In this document: in pieces, positions 38,901-49,542 of the stretch
Position numbering within the stretch: position 1 is the stretch's first letter
Layout of the letters: every line of letters begins with the position of its first letter
Assembly (NCBI GenBank): GCA_965178125.1
Contig: OZ237755.1
Coordinates: 62,001-126,000, forward strand
Direction of reading: 5' to 3'
From: Bilabrum cf. latius
Taxonomy: Eukaryota
DNA: 64,000 nucleotides
Program-made: the position numbers and the translations under genes
The notes under the pieces: generated by a model
Told to the model about the DNA's origin: nothing
What the model saw: the letters and a program-made list of their open reading frames with translations, nothing else
Databases searched by the model: none

Positions 38901-40031
38901 TCGTCGGACAGCGACGAAGAGGCAGCCGCGAAGAAGGAAGCCCGCAAGAAGCAGCAGCGCAGGCAGATCACCCCGGGGTTCGGCACACCTGCGCAGTCGC
39001 AGGCCCAGGCCCAGGCAGCTTCCAATCCGCTGCGAGCCAACGGACCTGCCGGCCCCTCCCTCATGCCCCCTGATCCCGAGGTTGCCGTGGCCAATGCCAG
39101 CTCACCTACGGCCGGCATTCGCCGTAAGGGCTCCTTCCACGCACCCGGTGCCGCCAGGCGCAAGAGGGATGAGTGCCTGGCCAGTGGCACTGCCACTGCC
39201 AGCGGCGGGGCGAGAGGGGGGCTGGGGCCAGGGGCAGGTGCTCCCAGGATCGGCTCCGGGGCCACCCGAGGCGCCGGCTCGAAGCAGAGGTCCGGGAACC
39301 ATCGCGTCCATCGGCACAAGCGCGGGATCGAGGTGTGTTCCTTCAGCCCCGAGACGCTGCATGCGAGGGAGAGGGCGAGGGCGAGGGCCCGTGGGATTTC
39401 CGCCAAGGGGGGTTCGAAGGCTGGATTCTCGGGCACACCTGCGATCGCAGGAGGCTACGGTGCTGGTCTGATGGATCGTTCCAGCGGTGCGCAAGCGGGA
39501 GAGCGCGCTATCCGAGAGATCCGCGTGTACGGGCGATCCCTGAAGACGATCCGACGGTCGATCGGTCTGGACCACTTGCGGGTGTGCGACGAGAACTGGG
39601 AGGAAGTGGAGCAGCCCACGCAGGGCGGTCATCCGAGTCTCAAGGCACTCGTGGTGGGGGAGAGCCAGTCGGCTGCCGTGATGGTGCGGGCGCCGCGCGT
39701 GGAGCACACGTTTGGGGAGTTGTTCCGCAGGCAGCAGCAGCACGCCGCGGTGGCAATGGACGCGGAGCACACCTCTGTGCGCACGGACATGAAAAAGGTG
39801 GTTCAAACGCAGCCGGAGCAGCAGGAGCAGCAGGAGCAGCAGGAGCGAGGTGTCGATGGCGAGAGGGCGGGCAGCGCATACTAGTAGGGAGGCGCATCGC
39901 GGGTAGTGCAGCGGGGTGCTTTCAGCAGCGAGAGCATCCGTGGCAGTGGATTGGAGCTCGCGGGCGTGCACCACGAGGAGGAGGACAGCTCCAGCGATGA
40001 TGAAAGCGAAGAGGAAACAGAGCAGGCGTGA
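35989..40031 (+). CDS. Anoctamin/TMEM16 family channel or scramblase; probable intron 36607-36701
   Basis: 'QPFERIRAYGGERVGFYF', 'FQLINSFTPLFYIAF', 'YMQQLVLFGYTSLFVVSFPLAPL..NYIELRVDA' and 'GIGAW'. TAGs at 36241, 36361, 36379 and tandem 39882/39885; TGA at 40029. Confidence 0.88.
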
Positions 40032-40307
40032 TCGAGCCCCACTGGCACTGGCAGGGGTCGGACACTCGAGGGTCTGGGCGCTCCACCAAGACTTTCCTCC
40101 CCCTGCCATTCACCCGATCGAACAGCCTCATTTGGGGTGAAATAGACAGTAGGAATGTTTTGGGCTGTTGCCACGAAGCAATGAGAGCAATTTGGAAACG
40201 CAGATTGATCGTGGTACTTGTCATCAGCCCCGATGTGGCGGTTCTGCGGCAAAACACGAAGAAGCCGGAAGAATGCTGGCTCGTGCGCATGCCATCATTA
40301 AGCGGCC

Positions 40308-42246
40308 ATGGAGCTCGTTCTCCAGGACGAGCTATCCCTCATTGCTTTTTTTGCTGCTCTACTGTTGCTTGAAGTCGTGGCTCACAGGATCATTGGGACA
40401 TCTCCCCTCGTCGGGCAGCTCCTTTGTGGCATTGTCTTAGGCCCCTCACTTGCGAATATCGTCCCATACAGCGATGCACTGCGACTGGTAGGCAAACTGG
40501 GTGTTGGAATTCTTGTAGTTGAGAGTGGTTTGAACGTAGATCTTGCATCCGTTCTTTCCATTGGTCCGCGTGCCGTTGGCGCAGCCATCCTTGGAGTTGC
40601 AGCGCCAGTTGGTTTGAGCATCGCCGTCTTGTCGGGAATATTTGGTGCAGATATAAGGGCTGGACTAGCAGCAGGGGCCGCGATCGCCCCGACTTCACTA
40701 GGATTCAGCGCCCAGCTCCTGAAATTATCCGGGAAGCTGCAAACGCAGTTTGGAGCCTTGATATGTGCCGCTGCGGTAATTGATGATGTAGTCAGCCTCA
40801 CTCTACTAGCTGAAGTTCAAGCACTGGGTGGTGACGACGACCCAACGGCGTGGTAGATAGCAGCTCCAATTGTGGGATCCGTCGCGTCTGTCCTGGTTGG
40901 GGTCCTGCTCGCTCTCGCACTGGGCCCCGTGATGCCGGTTCTGGAAGACCGCCTTAAATCAACTATACCGAAGATGGCAGGACAGGTAGCGTTGGCGCTG
41001 CTGCTAGTGCTTTCGGTGGGCTTTGCGCTGTGCGCTCGGCTTGGCCTCAGCTCGGAGCTGCTCGGTGCCTTTGCTGCGGGGCTGGCGTTCAGCTCTAGCC
41101 GTGAGTGTCCCATGGCCCGTTTACCGCTGCTCCTATGCGCAGTGGCATGATTTTTTTTTGGGGGGGGGGGGGGGGGGGTTGATATGTGCAGTTTTCCCTC
41201 CTCCGCCTCCCGCCGTTTCCCCTGCTCGCCCTCCTCCTGGCCCTCCCTCACCCCCTGGTCCCCTTCTACAGCTTCCCACCCCCCCCCCCCCCCCCACCCT
41301 TACATCCTTCGCAGAGTGGGTCCGCGACTGCTGGTCCAGGCAGAGCAAACGGGTAGTCAAGTGGGGCGCGGGGCTCTTCTTCGCCGCCACTGTCGGGTTC
41401 GGCGTCCCGGCAGTGGAGACGCTCTTCAGGCCCTAGGCCCTGCTGCGGGGGGCGGGGCTGGCGGGGGCGGCGATCCTTGGCAAGTCGGTGGTGGGGGTGC
41501 TGGCTCCCCAGCTTAGTGTGATGAGTGCGGCGGTGTTCGCTGCTGCCATGAATGGTCGCGGTGAGTTTTCTTTCTTGATCGGGGACGTGGCTCGCGAGGA
41601 CGAGATCCTGACGGAGGACGAGGCGGCGGGGGTTGTGTGGGCGCTGCTAGCAGCCACCCTGCTGGCCCCCGTGGGGTTCAGGCCCCTGCTCGCTCTGTCG
41701 GAGCAGGTGCCCGGGCTGTGGGCGAGCACGCCGGGGCGGATGCCAGGGTTCGGCAGCGGGGGCGGGAGGCGGGGGAGTGGTGGTGGTGCGGGTGCAGGGC
41801 ACGGTGGTGAGGGGAACGCCGGGGATGTGGAGATGCAACGACAGGGGAGCGCGGGTAGAGACGGAGCGGCGGGTGCAGGGCACGATTGTGAAGGGGTCGG
41901 TCTAGGGCTGGGGCTAGGAGGTGCCTCCGCGGCTGACTTGCTGCAGGCAGACGACGTGCTTCGTCCGCTGCCTGCCCCCGGGGATCATGAGGGGGGGGAC
42001 ACCGGCAGGGGCAGGGGGCATGGGGGCGGGATTCGGGGAAGGGGGGGACAGCACAGGGGCGATTTCAGGCTGGAGGTGGAAGGTGCCGGGGATGGGTCGC
42101 CGCCCGAGGGCACGGAGGTGTCTCTGTACGAGGAGGGCGAGAGCGTGCTGTCGGAGGGCTCCGGGGGCAGCGCCATGGAGGAGCTGGAGGTGCACCTGGG
42201 GGCGGGGACTGAGGCCGAGGGAGATGGAGATAGTGTAGGCACATAA
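40308..42246 (+). CDS. CPA2-family cation/H+ antiporter; intron 41101-41314
   Basis: 'LVGQLLCGIVLGP', 'APTSLG', 'AAVIDDVVSL', 'LGLSSELLGAFAAGL' and 'MNGRGEFSFLI'. TAGs at 40854 and 41434; ends in TAA at 42244. Confidence 0.88.
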
Positions 42247-42418
42247 TCGAGCTGGTGGGTTCATAAGATTAAAATATGCGCGATAAAAAAACGCGAGAAA
42301 TTGTCAACCAAACAAAGTGAGCAACACGGCAGCCATCGCGCGGCGCCAGCTCGAGTGGTTCCGCAACAGCGTCTCTCCCCAGCGCTGAACATGGGAGGGT
42401 GTGAATCACTCTTCGACT

Positions 42419-44589
42419 ATGTCGGATGCCGGAGATGATGAATACGACGGTGATGAGTATGGATACGGCGATGATGAAGGGTACGGGGGTGATGATTACG
42501 GTGAAGATGACTACGGAAACGCAGAGAGCGGCGCGGGTGGCAGTGGATCTCCAACAATGTCAGACGCACCAGCCAAAGAGCTGCGTCCCGTAGTGCTTGG
42601 CAGGCAAATGAGCTACGAACTGCATGAGCCAGATGACACGGACAGGATGCTGCAGGAGAAGGTGAAGGATTTTAGCGAGTTCTTGGGCATCGAGGACACT
42701 CCGGAGGACGCGTAGATTGCCCTAGCAGCGGGTGGTTGGGACGTGGCTGGAATCCAATCTAAAATAACCGAATCAAAAGACGACGAAGATGTATTCGGAG
42801 ACCTCTGTAAGGAGGCGGGGCTGCTCAATTCCGGCCCCGATCCTCCGGAAGCATCGAGGCCATAGGTCGATTTCATGTGTGAAATTTGCTTCAATGAGAT
42901 CAAGCCATCAGATTCGGACGCAGCACAGTGCGGACACTGGGCCTGCAAGTCGTGCTGGCGCACCCATATGGAAAGCGCCGCCGGCAATCGCGGACAGCTG
43001 CTGGACCCGCGGTGCCCATTCTATGGCTGCGGCTAGCGGCTCAAGATGCGCATGCTGCAGCAGTATCTGAGCGCTCACGACCTCGATAAGCTCCACAGGT
43101 GGCGGAGAGAAAACTTCGTGTCTGCCTCGCAGGGTACCGCGAAGCAGTGCCCCAAGGCGTGCGGCCGGGTGGCTGTATTTCCCGCCGGCACCACCCGCGA
43201 CATCCACTGCCGGTGCGGGGCCGTGTGGTGCTTCAAGTGCGGCGAGCTGGACGGCCATGCCCCCGCCACGTGCAAGATGCTCAAGGACTGGAACAGCTCC
43301 TCCCTCGCAGAGCAGATGGACGCGGGCTGGCTGCTGCAGCACACGCGCAAGTGCCCACACTGCGGGATGCCCCAGGAGTCCTCTGGCGGATGCGACCACA
43401 GAGTATGCGTGAGGAAGAAAACGAAGAAGAAGAAAAAATGAAGTTTGCACGGCGGTTTCTCATCCGCATCGCCTGCACCTGGATGCTGTGATGAACCCCA
43501 GCAGCGCCGTCCCCTGCCCTGCCGACGTCCTTAGTATTTGCCACGGCGTGCTCGATTGGGAGTCGCGCATGCTCTTCCCCATCCCCGCATATATATTTTT
43601 TGTACTCTCTCTCGTTTTCACCGTACTCGACCGATGGATTGATCGCAGGGCAAACATGCGCACGGAGGCAAAGTGGTCTCCTCGCTGGGAGGATGCGGGA
43701 AGGCGTTTTGCTGGAGGTGCATGAAGGTGAGCTGCAGCACAGTGCAAAGCTATGCCCCTTGCGGGCGCCCAGCCCGAATAGCAAGTGTGCTTGCGTTGCC
43801 CCTCCCCTCCCTCCTCTCCCAACCCCCTTGCCCCCCCCCCCTCCCCCGCCCCCACCTGACCACGCCCCGCAGGACTGGAAGGGCGGCGCGGGCCACTGGG
43901 GCGCATGCGAAGCATGGACGCCTCCCGCCCCCAAGGGGAAGGAGATCAAAGACACGGCCAAGTTCCAGAGGTACAACGACTGCAACACGCAGATCGGGAC
44001 CCTCCGTCAGGGCATGACAAACATGCGGGAGCTGCGACCAAAGCTGGCCGAGCAGGTGCTCCAGCTGCAGGAGCGCAAAGGCATGGCCGAGAAGGACGTG
44101 AAGCACATCACAGAGGCGGCCGACGAGGTGATCGAGTCGATGCGGGTGGTGGCCAACACGTACATCTACCGGTTCTTCGCCCATGGTGACAAGGGGGAGG
44201 CCTTGTACCGGATGCAGCAGCTTGACCTGAACCAGCAGCTGGGCGAGCTGCAGCAGATGCTCGAGGGGAGGGCTCTCACCGCGGAGGAGAGGGCGAGACC
44301 CGAGTTCCGCGGGAAGGACTTCAAGGAGCCTGCCTTCAAAGAGCTGCTGGCGGAGGGTGCGGGCTTGCTGTCGCAGACCACAGTGGATGCCTTTAACGAG
44401 GAGAGAAGGGACATCACGGATAGGACCAAGCGGATGGCCACCTTCCGCTTCCAGATCAGCGAGTCGCTGCAGAAGCAGGCCGGAGAGGCCGAAGTACTGG
44501 GCATCTCCATCGGGGAGGCGGCGGCGCTGGGGGCAGCGGCAGGGGGCAGCGGGGCGGGACAGGCCAGGGGGGGTGGGGCAGGGCGGTGA
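42419..44589 (+). CDS. Ariadne-like RBR E3 ubiquitin ligase; introns 43409-43648 and 43727-43872
   Basis: Acidic N-terminus; RING1 'CEIC..CGHWACKSCW..RCPFYGC'; IBR 'CPKACG..CRCGAVWCFKC..HAPATC'; RING2 'CPHC..GGCDHRVC..CGKAFCWRC'; Ariadne helical tail. TAGs at 42713, 42863 and 43034; ends in TGA. Confidence 0.87.
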
Positions 44590-44740
44590 GATGCCGGGGT
44601 GGTCTTGGAGGAGAGGTGTGCAATAGTGCGGCATCTAGGCCGTGCATATTGCGCTGGCGGTGCAACATCAAGATTCACGAACTTTCGGTACTACCGCTCC
44701 AGATTCGTTCATTTCGCTGAGGCCCTCATACGCGACGATC

Positions 44741-45455
44741 ATGGCTGCAGCTCCATCGAGTAGTGGTTCAGATTATGATGAGAAGAAAATAATTGAGGGT
44801 GAGGCGTGCATGTGTCAGAAACTTTTCCGCATGGGAGTGTTATTGGCCAATGTTCCACACCCGCTTCCAGAAGCATGAATTTCACTCCTGTCCCATGCTT
44901 GCAGACTATTCTGATGCCAGCGAGTTCTCGCCACCGCTTTAGATGAGAGGTACGGTTGTGCATGGCTTTGGTAGGGGAAGCAAGAAGCTTGGAATTCCAA
45001 CGGCGAACTTGCGCCCGTCAGAGCTAGGGGCGGTAATGGAGAAAGTTGATAAGGCAGGGGTATACTACGGCTGGGCCGGGCTGAGTGGAAAAGGCCCATA
45101 CCGAATGGTAATGAGTATAGGATGGAACCCGCACTTCAAGAACAAGGAGCGAACTGTTGAGCCTCATCTGCTGCACGACTTCGGCGACGAGGATTTTTAC
45201 GGTGAAAAGCTTTCGCTGCTTGTGACAGGGTACCTGAGACCCGAGAAGAGTTATGACTCTCTAGAATCTTTGATTGCGGCCATCCACAGCGACATCGAGA
45301 AAACCAAGGTTGAGCTCTCGGCTGGGGAGGCTGCCGCTGCTGGCAAGAACGAGTGGTTGCTGGAGGTGTGCAATGCGGGCAAGGCAGAAGATAGCAAAAC
45401 AAGCGGGGATGGGACGGATGGCACGGCGGAGAGCTCGAGTGGCGCAGTTAGCTGA
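44741..45455 (+). CDS. RFK: Riboflavin kinase; intron 44799-44904
   Basis: 'GTVVHGFGRGSKKLGIPTANL', 'GVYYGWA', 'MVMSIGWNPHF', 'EPHLLH..DFYG' and 'GYLRPE'. TAG at 44940 just before the first motif; ends in TGA. Confidence 0.93.
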
Positions 45456-45900
45456 GGGGGGGATTGATGATTCCGCACAGTGGCAGCTGCTCGCCAGCTG
45501 CTGTGCATGCCAAACCGAGCCCAGAATGAGCCCCGCTCACACCTTGTTACATTCGCGGGACAGACTTCACATTGGACAAGGACCCCCGTTCTGGTCAAAG
45601 CGCGTCACGCTGCCGCTGGCCAGTGTGGCTCGTCCAGTGGCGGCACGATTGCCGCTGCATGCCAGTGGCCCGGCCCCTGCTAGTGGCCTGCTCGGCCCGG
45701 TGTGAAGTTGCGGGTGTGCTCGGACTCGGCTGCAGAGTAGCTTTGAACAGAGGCAGAGATTTCTTCGTCTACTGCCACGCTCGAGGCTCGTTTGGCGACG
45801 CATCGCCAGCGAACCCACCAGTAGACGCCAAACGAACGTTCGAATATAGCACAGATCGGCAAGAAAATACAAAAATCGCACATTTTCGAGCCGTGGCTGC

Positions 45901-48900
45901 ATGGACAGCGATCCTGTTGAGCGCGAGTTCGATGTGTACCTTAACTAGGAGCTAGCTGACCAACTGTGAGTTTCGTGTGGCCCAGGCGATCGACATCAGG
46001 ATACGTCACCAAACACTGTACGCCGCTCTTGCTCCCTTGCCGATTGAACTCTGCAAGCCGCAGGTCATGCATACAATTTCCCTTACGACGATCGGATCGG
46101 CCCGTGGGTGCGCCAAAAACGGTATCAATGAAGCCCTCAAACTTTGTTGTCAAGGCAGAGTACCCGATTGATACGAATCCCGACAACCACTACAACGAGG
46201 ACGCAACACTGGCTGCCAAATCCATTAAATCCTAGAAATTTGTTTCAAGTATCGTCCCACGGCGTTCAATGTTTGCATTGATGGCGCTCCGGCATGGTGA
46301 GCTTGGTCCCCCTGTAAAGTGCAGCTCGCAACTGTAGCCATCTACCAGAATCTCGCCGTAACCACCAACAATTGTATCATTTGCAGGTGAAGTGCATTTG
46401 ACACCAGTGAGGCACCTGCTCCGCATGGAGGTGGACCGCACTGACATGGATGCGTGGGCGAGGGAGCAGGCCGAGGAGCTCGGCGAGCTCCAGGCCGAGG
46501 CAGATCGCAGCAAGGGCGCCTCGGCCAATTCGAAGCAGATGGCAGCTGCTGCCCGCGCCCGGGCGCTCACGAGCCGCAACGACGGCCGCGGCCTTAGCTA
46601 CCGGCAGGAGATGATGCAGGCGGACCTGCTGCTCGAGATGGAGGCATGGCACAAGGTGAGGGTCGCGCCCGCAGACGAGTCGGCCCGTCTGGGCCTGCCC
46701 TCTCTCTACCACAGGGCCCCTGGTGCCAGGGCCACGCTATCCGAGGCGCTCACGGCCAAGCAGCGCCTGTCCAGGGCGCGCTCCCGCTCGGACTCTCAGC
46801 TCGGTGAGGGCAAGGACGAGGGCGAGGGCGAGGGCGGTGAGGGTAAGGGGGAGGGCAAGATGGGGAGTGGGGCGGGTTTGGAAGCCCTTCAGGACCCGGG
46901 GGAGAGGAAGGAGGAGGATTTCGTGGCGGGCTCCCAGTCTGCGGGCAACTCGGTGATGACCCTGGGCAAGTTCGTGGAGGGCCTGGGGCACGGGCGGGGC
47001 CAGGAGGGGGGCCAGGCCGGCGAGGGGGGGCTCCAGGCGCTGCAGGGGCTGCCCGCGGGAGGCGACGAGCGGCAGCAGCAGGAGCGGGAGCGCATCATTC
47101 GGGGCCTCTCTGCGCACGACCTCCGGCGAGCCCCCCTCGGTGTGGCAGTGCCGGAGATGGTGCGTCGCGCGGGTGTCATTCGCTTCAAGGACGTCCGAGA
47201 GTTCGTGCCCAGGAACGCAGCCAGCAACTCTGATCTGCTGCGGGAGCTGTCAGAGCACGCGGTGTGCGTGGCGGGTGTGTGGGTGCAGCGGTCCGAGGTG
47301 TGGGCGCGGTAGGAGGGGTCGGCTGCCTCGCTGCGAGGCACTGGGGCTACGGCCGGTGTGGGTGGCGTGGGCTCGCTGGCAGAGGCTGTCAACGGCTCGG
47401 GCGTGGACGCTGGCGCTAGGTCTCCGCAGACTCAGCTGCACCGCGCCAAACTGCGGGACTACATCCTGTGGAGGTTCCATCGGGCCCACTAGCAGATCGC
47501 CGAGGAGTGGGAGCGGGAGCACAAGCAGGGCAGCGCTGGGGAGGGAGAGGGGGCGGGAGAGGCCGAGCTGCTTCCCCCCGCCGCTTTGACCATCCCCGCG
47601 CTGGCTGCGTGGACAAGGGAGCCCCCCCACCTGCTGCGCTCCGTTCTGCGAGGAGTAGGGGAGGAGCTGCCTGCGGGGCAGTTCCGCGCGATGTCTGCCC
47701 TCCGGTCCCAGGGCCGCCCGGAGACGAGCGCCTGGCACCCGACCCGCCTCCTGGACCCCGCCATCGCGGACTCGTTCCTGCAGGGGAGGGCCCCCGCATC
47801 CCGAGCCGCCAAGGACAGCGTGCTGGTGCTGGGCCGCAAAGCCAAGACCGCCCTGCGCAACCGGGAAGCTCTCCTCCGGCGCGCCAGAGCCGCAGTGGAG
47901 GGCGATGCGGGGGCGCTGCTGCCATAGGCCGATGGAGAGACGGCCATGACCATGGAGCAGGCCAAGCGGCTTGTGGCCTACGAGAAGGCCGCCCTCTCGC
48001 TGCGGAGCAGACAGAGCGTGGTGGCAGGGGCGGAGGGGGCGGCGAGACAGGCAGCCGTGGGGGGTGGATCCCGGCAGATTCCCCCCGAGCTGCAGAGGCA
48101 TGCGGAGGCGCGGCGGTGGGTGGTGCGCTTCGGGGGCGACTCCGTGTTTCTCGGCACCCATCCCGAGGAGCGCAAGGCAGCGGACGAGTACTGGGCCCGG
48201 AGGGGGGCCGAGCTGATGGCCATGGAGGCAAGGGGGGACGAGCAGCTGCCCGGCTCGCAGGTGGGCATGGAGGCCCGGCTGGGGCTCTCCGTGTCGAGGG
48301 CAGGCCGCGACGCCATGGAGTCACGGGCCTCTCTCGGCGCGGGGGCGGGGGCGGGGGCGGGGGCGGGGGCGGGGAGCGGCCTAAGGGCGAGCCCCAGCGT
48401 GGCTGTCGCCGTGGGGTCCGTCGGCTTGACGGACGGGTCATCCGCAGCAGCACTCGTCACATCTCCCGAGAAACGGCTGAGCCACGGGGTCCAGATGGGG
48501 GCTAGCGGTTAGGGTGGGCTGCCCATCGATGGGCCTGGTGCCAGGGCGGCGGAGGCGGCTGCGGCGGCGTCATCGGCTGCTGGGCGCAGCGGCAGCGCGG
48601 GCGGCCTGTCGCTCCCCGGTCCCATCGCGAGCAGGAAGCGATCCCTGTCCATCGGGTCCACGGGGAGCGCGTTCCAGAGGCGAGCAGGCGCCGGTGCGGG
48701 CGAGCCTGGCGGCGTTGAGGCGGGCCAGGAGGGCGGACAGGGGGAGGGGGATGGTCAGGGGGCAAGCGATGTGATGGCAAGGGCCCGGCCCGCCGTGCGG
48801 AGCTTCGCCTCCGCCCAGCTACGAGCGCAAGGGGTGGTGGCACCCGGCTGGCTGGCTCGCCACTTTGCGAGCATGCACCGGGACATGCGGGACGATCCCA

Positions 48901-49370
48901 CGGTGGAGGCAGGGGTCAGGGCGGCTCTGTCCTTGTCCGAGGCTGACCTGATGGGAGCCTGCAGGGATGAACTGGGAGCGGTGGGACAGGAGGTACCCGG
49001 GCGGGGCGTGTTCGTGGAGAGCAGAGAGCAGGTGTGCGAGCGCAGGGTGGCCAAAGTCACCGCGGAGGAGGTCGGGCTGGTGTACGATGCGGCGGTGCAG
49101 CTGATGGAGACTCGCGATACGGTGGTCAAGAGGGCCGTGAGGGCCAAGGCAGAGGAGATCGCGCAGGAGAGGGCAGAGGCGGGGGCTGGGAGTTCGGGCG
49201 GGGCGAGCAGCGGGGCGGGGGCGGTGGAGGTGCGTATGCCCCCGACCGAGTTCATGGACGCTGCCTTCACGGCGGTCATGCGGAGGCTGGCGCAGTCAAG
49301 GGGCAGCTCCTGGGCGTTCAAGACAGGGGTGTTCCGGGATCTGGACGGGGATAGCTCAGAGGAGGACTGA
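45901..49370 (+). CDS. POLR3E: RNA polymerase III subunit RPC5 (C37/Sin-like); introns 45966-46063 and 46297-46386
   Basis: 'DPVEREFDVYLN(Q)ELADQL|SCIQFPLR', 'KS(Q)KFVS', 'G|EVHLTPV', 'AVCVAGVWVQRS' and 'RDYILWRF'. TAGs at 45946, 46233, 47310, 47490, 47925 and 48510; TGA at 49368. Confidence 0.82.
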
Positions 49371-49542
49371 GTATTGGATTCATTGTTTCCACTGTAGAAT
49401 TTGTGACTTCGATTCTACTTGCGGGGGCATCCCCGGGCACCCACCGCTAGACCGGAACACCTGTGCCGACCCGTTGGCCAAGGGGAATTTCAATACAGCT
49501 CCCTGAATGCAATCATTGGATTAATACCTTGACTCCTGATCC

